From positions 1 to 10,038 of the forward strand of contig JAVYWK010000046.1 of NCBI GenBank assembly GCA_038727095.1: a stretch of 10,038 nucleotides of DNA, read 5' to 3'. Source of the DNA: Thermofilaceae archaeon (GTDB lineage: Archaea > Thermoproteota > Thermoprotei > Thermofilales > Thermofilaceae). The notes beneath the pieces are model-generated. The model ran no database searches and had not been told where the DNA came from. It saw only the letters and a program-made list of their open reading frames with translations. Both the position numbers and the translations under genes were made by a program. Shown here one piece after another: positions 6,438 to 10,038 of the stretch (its first letter is position 1; every line of letters starts with the position of its first letter).

Positions 6438-7433
6438 GTGCCTTGGGACAGGTACTTCGACAGGTACGTTTCGAGCCACGTTGGCAGCCTGCCGCTGGAC
6501 TACAGCGAAGAGAACTTCCGTAAAGCCTTCAACGATCTGGTGGAGCTCGGCCTCGATGTTCCACCAGTCCCCCAGATGAGGGACTTCATCTCAATGTACC
6601 TGCAGCCGCTAGCTGAAGCTGGGCTGCTGGAACGGGTCGGAACGCTCTACAGGGGATCTCCCGAGGCTCTCGAGGAGGCTGTACGGGTAACACCGCTCAT
6701 ACCCGAGTTCTCCCTAGCCGGCGAGATTGCTAGGAGCCTCAAGATCGAGCGGGTTCGCGTACCCGTCACGGGGGCGTTCACGCTCGCCTCTAGGGTGTAC
6801 GTCGGCGACCCCGCTCGGGGGATGCGTAGTACAGCGCTAGCGAGCAGGGAGCTCGTGGTGGGGCCGCTGGCGGAGTACGTTTCAAAGGTGGTGAGAGCCG
6901 CGTCCGAGCTGCCCGGAGCAATCGTGGTTGTGGACGAGCCTGTGCTTGGCACGGTGGTGGGGGCGAGAGTGACGCTCTTCGGCTACAGGGAGGAGGATGT
7001 CCTTGAGGTCTACGCTAGGGAGCTGAAGCCGGCGAAGGGGCTGCTCCGAGGAACTCACGTCTGCGGCCAAGTGAGTGAGAGGCTCGCATCGCTCCTCTGC
7101 GAGTCTGAGAGCCTCGGCTTCCTCAACCACGAGTTTCATGACACGCCAGCCAACCTCTCCCTCCCGTGGCGGAGGATGCTAGAGAGGGGAGACAAGTTCC
7201 TGAGCCCAGGAGTGTTCAGCACGAAGAGCACTAGCATCGAGAGCAGTGATGAGATCCTCGAGCTTGCTACCAGGGTACTCAAGGCCGTAGGGTTCGAGTA
7301 CGTAAACCTGTTCAGTGGGGATTGCGGCTTGGGCGGCCTAAGGGGAAGGGAGGGTGCTTACGAGATCGCGGTTGGCAAGCTCAGGAACCTTGTCGCAGCC
7401 GTGCGAAGGCTGAATGAGCTGTACGTAGAGTGA
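6438..7433 (+). CDS. metE: Cobalamin-independent methionine synthase catalytic domain only ('core' MetE/Mes-like, URO-D/CIMS barrel)
   Basis: HVGSLP, VTGAFTLA, VVDEP, Zn ligands H-V-C (7056-7064), E (NHEFH, 7131-7133) and C (SGDCG, 7323-7325), PGVF...IES, and terminal KLRNLVAA. About 330 aa, roughly half of a full MetE. The ORF is open from TTG 6423; GTG 6438 fits the TATA spacing better. Confidence 0.85.
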   Translation: MPWDRYFDRYVSSHVGSLPLDYSEENFRKAFNDLVELGLDVPPVPQMRDFISMYLQPLAEAGLLERVGTLYRGSPEALEEAVRVTPLIPEFSLAGEIARSLKIERVRVPVTGAFTLASRVYVGDPARGMRSTALASRELVVGPLAEYVSKVVRAASELPGAIVVVDEPVLGTVVGARVTLFGYREEDVLEVYARELKPAKGLLRGTHVCGQVSERLASLLCESESLGFLNHEFHDTPANLSLPWRRMLERGDKFLSPGVFSTKSTSIESSDEILELATRVLKAVGFEYVNLFSGDCGLGGLRGREGAYEIAVGKLRNLVAAVRRLNELYVE

Positions 7434-7446
7434 GGCAAGCGAGTGG

Positions 7447-7476
7447 TATAAGAGCCCCAGAACAGAGGAGAAGGAG
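7447..7476 (+). promoter_or_regulatory. TATA box (TATAAG, 7447-7452) and SD-like purine run (GAGGAG/AGGAG, 7465-7476) for the helicase
   Basis: Lies in the 46-nt intergenic gap, about 30 nt before ATG 7480. Confidence 0.55.
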
Positions 7477-7479
7477 CGC

Positions 7480-9492
7480 ATGAAAACGAGGCTGAGGCCC
7501 TACCAGCGCGAGGCCCTCGACTGGGCCTTGAGGGTAGCGGAGCTGCGCGGCGGCTGCGTAGTGAGCCTACCGACGGGCACTGGGAAGACCCTCGTCGGCG
7601 TTGCCTTCGCGGAGCACTACCTCAGGAAGGGGTTGAGAGTGCTAGTGCTCGAGCCCACACGCTTCCTCGTCGAGCAGACTGCAAAGAGATTCCGCTACGA
7701 GGGTTTCGACGCTGCCATGATCCACTCCGGCGTGAAGGAGAGGGACTGGAACCGCCAGATCGTCGTCGCGACGCCCGAGTCCACCCTCAGCTACCTCCAG
7801 CAGCGCTACGGCGAAACCCCCAGCTCCGCGGAGCAGGCTTCGCGCGAGTTCCCCGTGGTCGTCATAGACGAGTGCCACCACACTGTAGGTAGAGACCCCT
7901 TCGCCCAAGTGATGGCCTTCCTGGCCGACTCCATCAAGCTCGGGCTTTCTGCCCTCATCCCCAAGGGCAGGATGGGGGAGATCGAGCGCTACATCGGGCC
8001 GATCAGGAGGTGGGACTTCTCGGAGCTCCAGGGGAAGGGGTACGTGAAGCCCTACATGATAGCTGAGGTGTACGAGGCACCCTTCAGGCCCGAGGAGGAG
8101 GAGCTCTACGCCCACCTCTACAGCCTCTGGCTGGAGGGCAGCCATTACTCCCACTTCGCCGCTCTCGCTCTAACGACGCTCAGCAGGGACGGCGGCAACG
8201 CGCTCCTCGACTCGGCGTCGAGACCCACCGCGTTCGCTTCCTTCCTACAGACGGCGATCCCGTGGACCCCCATCCCGCCCATCCCCCACAAGCTACCGGT
8301 ACTGGAGAGCGTGCTCAGGGACTACGAGGGGAATTTCGAGAAGGCCCTCGTCTTCGTCAACCGCCGCTGCACGGCAGACTTGCTCGAGGAGCACTTCCAG
8401 CACCTGCGGCCCGTGAAGATAATAGGAGGGCGTGAGGCGGCCGACCCTGAGGCGAGGAGGGGGCTGCTGGAGGAAGCGAGGAAGCCGGAGACGAAGCTGA
8501 TAATCGCCACGTCGGCGGGGGACGAGGGAATCGACATTCCCGAGGTCGACCTGCTCGTGTTCTGGTCACACGTCTCGTCGCCCCTCCGCCTCTACCAGAG
8601 ATTGGGTAGGGCGCTGCGCCCATCGCCTGACCGGATAAAGTACGCAGTCTTCATAGTGACGCCCGGCACCAGGGACTACGACGCGCTTCCCGAGAGCCTC
8701 GTAGCTCTGGCTCGTGAGGGCATTGACGTCTCAGGAATCTTCGACGATGTGGGCTCGCAGGTCCTCGGCGAGGGGCTGCTCATGGCGAGGAAGGTGAAGG
8801 AGGTGGCGCAAGCCATCGGCGTCAGCGGGGTTACGGGCGAGCTCCTTCTGGGCACCCTCGCCCAGAGCGCACGGGTTAGGAGGAGGGTTTTGAGAGAGCT
8901 GGAGGAGGGGGCGAGGGTTGGGGCGATATACTACTTCTACGACCTCGACGAAGCCTACGCGCAGCTGCAGAGCCAGATTGAGGCCCGGATGCGAGAGATC
9001 TACATCCGGCTGGGGGCCTCGAACAGGAGGTACGTTGCGAAGGATGAAGCGGAGGAGGCTGTCCGCAATCACCCGGAGAGCTTCTCCCCGTCCCCGCTCT
9101 GCCTCGACCCTCTAAAGGACTTGAAGGTGAAGGGAGCGAGCGAGGAGGCGGTTAAGTCTCTGCGGGTTGAGCTGCTCAGGCGCATCTCCTCGTCGGCTAC
9201 GCCGAGCGAGATCGCGGCCGTCATCGGCTCAGTGGCTCAGGAGAACCCCGCAGCCGCGGTGAGGTGGAGATTAAGGGTGGAAGCTGCGCTCCTCCCCATC
9301 AACGGGAATGAGGTACTGCTAACGCTAACTGCCGATTACGGCCCCTTCCTGGCCAGGAACGTGAAGCAGATCGAGTACGCGCTGATGAACACTTCGGCCC
9401 TATGGAGGCTCATCTCCAGTCTCGCAGCTGGATCGGATGGCCTCGGCTTCTGCGATCGACTGCTCAGATTAAGCCCGGAGCGGAGATATTAG
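7480..9492 (+). CDS. Superfamily 2 DExH helicase (XPB/SSL2- to Hef/Mph1-like) with a C-terminal extension of unknown function
   Basis: Q motif LRPYQ, I LPTGTGKT, Ia LEPTRFLVEQ, Ib VATPE, II DECHH, III GLSA, IV LVFVNRR, V IATSAGDEGIDIP, VI QRLGRALR. About 250 further aa have no recognisable motif. Confidence 0.92.
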   Translation: MKTRLRPYQREALDWALRVAELRGGCVVSLPTGTGKTLVGVAFAEHYLRKGLRVLVLEPTRFLVEQTAKRFRYEGFDAAMIHSGVKERDWNRQIVVATPESTLSYLQQRYGETPSSAEQASREFPVVVIDECHHTVGRDPFAQVMAFLADSIKLGLSALIPKGRMGEIERYIGPIRRWDFSELQGKGYVKPYMIAEVYEAPFRPEEEELYAHLYSLWLEGSHYSHFAALALTTLSRDGGNALLDSASRPTAFASFLQTAIPWTPIPPIPHKLPVLESVLRDYEGNFEKALVFVNRRCTADLLEEHFQHLRPVKIIGGREAADPEARRGLLEEARKPETKLIIATSAGDEGIDIPEVDLLVFWSHVSSPLRLYQRLGRALRPSPDRIKYAVFIVTPGTRDYDALPESLVALAREGIDVSGIFDDVGSQVLGEGLLMARKVKEVAQAIGVSGVTGELLLGTLAQSARVRRRVLRELEEGARVGAIYYFYDLDEAYAQLQSQIEARMREIYIRLGASNRRYVAKDEAEEAVRNHPESFSPSPLCLDPLKDLKVKGASEEAVKSLRVELLRRISSSATPSEIAAVIGSVAQENPAAAVRWRLRVEAALLPINGNEVLLTLTADYGPFLARNVKQIEYALMNTSALWRLISSLAAGSDGLGFCDRLLRLSPERRY

Positions 9493-9514
9493 CACCACTT
9501 TAACCGGCTGCGGC

Positions 9515-10038
9515 GTGAAAGCCCTAGTACTGCACGGCGTGAGGGATCTGAGGTTCGAGGAAGTCCCCACCCCGGAAGTGGGCGAGGGTGAAGTTCTCCT
9601 CAGGGTGGGCGCCTGCGGGATCTGCGGTACCGATATCCACTTCTACAGGGGTGAGTGGAGAGTCAAGACCCCGCTCATCCCGGGTCACGAGTTCTCAGGC
9701 GTCGTCGAGGAGGTCGGGCCGGGTGTGGACTGGATAGAGGAGGGCGAGCACGTAGTCGCGGAGCCGAACGTCACGTGCGGCCACTGCTACTACTGCAGGA
9801 TGGAGAGGCGGAACTTCTACTGCCCCAACATCAGGGCGGTGGGTGTCGACGTGGCCGGGGCCTTCGCCGAGTACGTGAAAGTACCGGCCGCTAACGTGTA
9901 CAGCGTGCCGCGCTGGATGAGCTTCGAGGAAGCGGCTCTCGTTGAGCCCATAGCCTGCTGCGTGAGAGGGCTCTACAACGTGGGGCTGGAGCCGGGCGAC
10001 ACTGTGGCAGTCGTGGGAGCGGGGCCGATCGGCCTCCT
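9515..10038 (+). CDS. Zn-dependent medium-chain dehydrogenase (sorbitol/threonine/galactitol-phosphate dehydrogenase-like); 3' end lies outside the window
   Basis: Not in the ORF track; translated by hand from GTG 9515: MKALVLHGVRDLRFEEVPTP...VGACGICGTDIH...PLIPGHEFSG...CGHCYYCRMERRNFYC...GAFAEY...AALVEPIACC...VVGAGPIGL. Catalytic Zn ligands C/H/E, four-Cys structural Zn site and Rossmann GxGxxG. ATATTA at 9486-9491 is at TATA spacing. Confidence 0.95.
   Translation, partial: MKALVLHGVRDLRFEEVPTPEVGEGEVLLRVGACGICGTDIHFYRGEWRVKTPLIPGHEFSGVVEEVGPGVDWIEEGEHVVAEPNVTCGHCYYCRMERRNFYCPNIRAVGVDVAGAFAEYVKVPAANVYSVPRWMSFEEAALVEPIACCVRGLYNVGLEPGDTVAVVGAGPIGL

Noticed and set aside
6447-6467. Short direct repeat GACAGGTAC x2 (DRY-F-DRY)
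   Set aside because: Only two 9-nt copies inside a CDS; not a CRISPR or tandem array and probably chance or a micro-duplication.
6363-6479. Extended N-terminus of the 134-aa minus-strand ORF
   Set aside because: It would overlap the divergent methionine synthase start and both TATA-like elements; GTG 6362 is more plausible.
5099-9492. Reading the GIY-YIG nuclease, Nudix and SF2 helicase genes as one defence or mobile system
   Set aside because: They are on opposite strands, separated by a metabolic gene and separate promoters. No integrase, methyltransferase, att sites or obvious composition shift is visible. DUF123 is a common chromosomal archaeal family and is not inside an intron or intein here.
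6647-9894. Track ORFs 6647-6952, 6882-7139, 7642-8154, 8322-8537, 8357-8623, 8731-9072, 8918-9115 and 9655-9894
   Set aside because: Shadows of the methionine synthase, helicase and dehydrogenase genes; 9655-9894 is the wrong frame of the dehydrogenase.

Overview
GC-rich, densely coding window that reads as archaeal, most likely Thermoproteota (Thermofilaceae-like). This is inferred from AGG-rich Arg usage, GTG/TTG starts, TATA-like boxes about 25-30 nt upstream of apparently leaderless starts, and gene content. Ten CDS are supported, two of them cut by the window edges and missed by the ORF track. In order: GH12 endoglucanase (-, partial); divergent TIM-barrel sugar isomerase/epimerase (+); surface-anchored transglutaminase-like protein (+); a convergent minus-strand operon (small hypothetical, DUF123/GIY-YIG nuclease, ADP-ribose-type Nudix hydrolase, Wzx/MOP flippase); then, on +, a single-barrel 'core' cobalamin-independent methionine synthase, an atypical SF2 helicase with a long unexplained C-terminus, and a Zn-dependent polyol/threonine-type dehydrogenase (partial). 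I saw no RNA genes, CRISPR arrays or mobile elements, and no clear-cut novel multi-gene system. The best leads are a shared ACCGGCTG motif upstream of the sugar genes, a Rhodothermus-type GH12 with an apparently relocated disulfide, a G8 tract one base away from fusing two ORFs, the atypical helicase, and an orphan flippase coupled to a Nudix gene.
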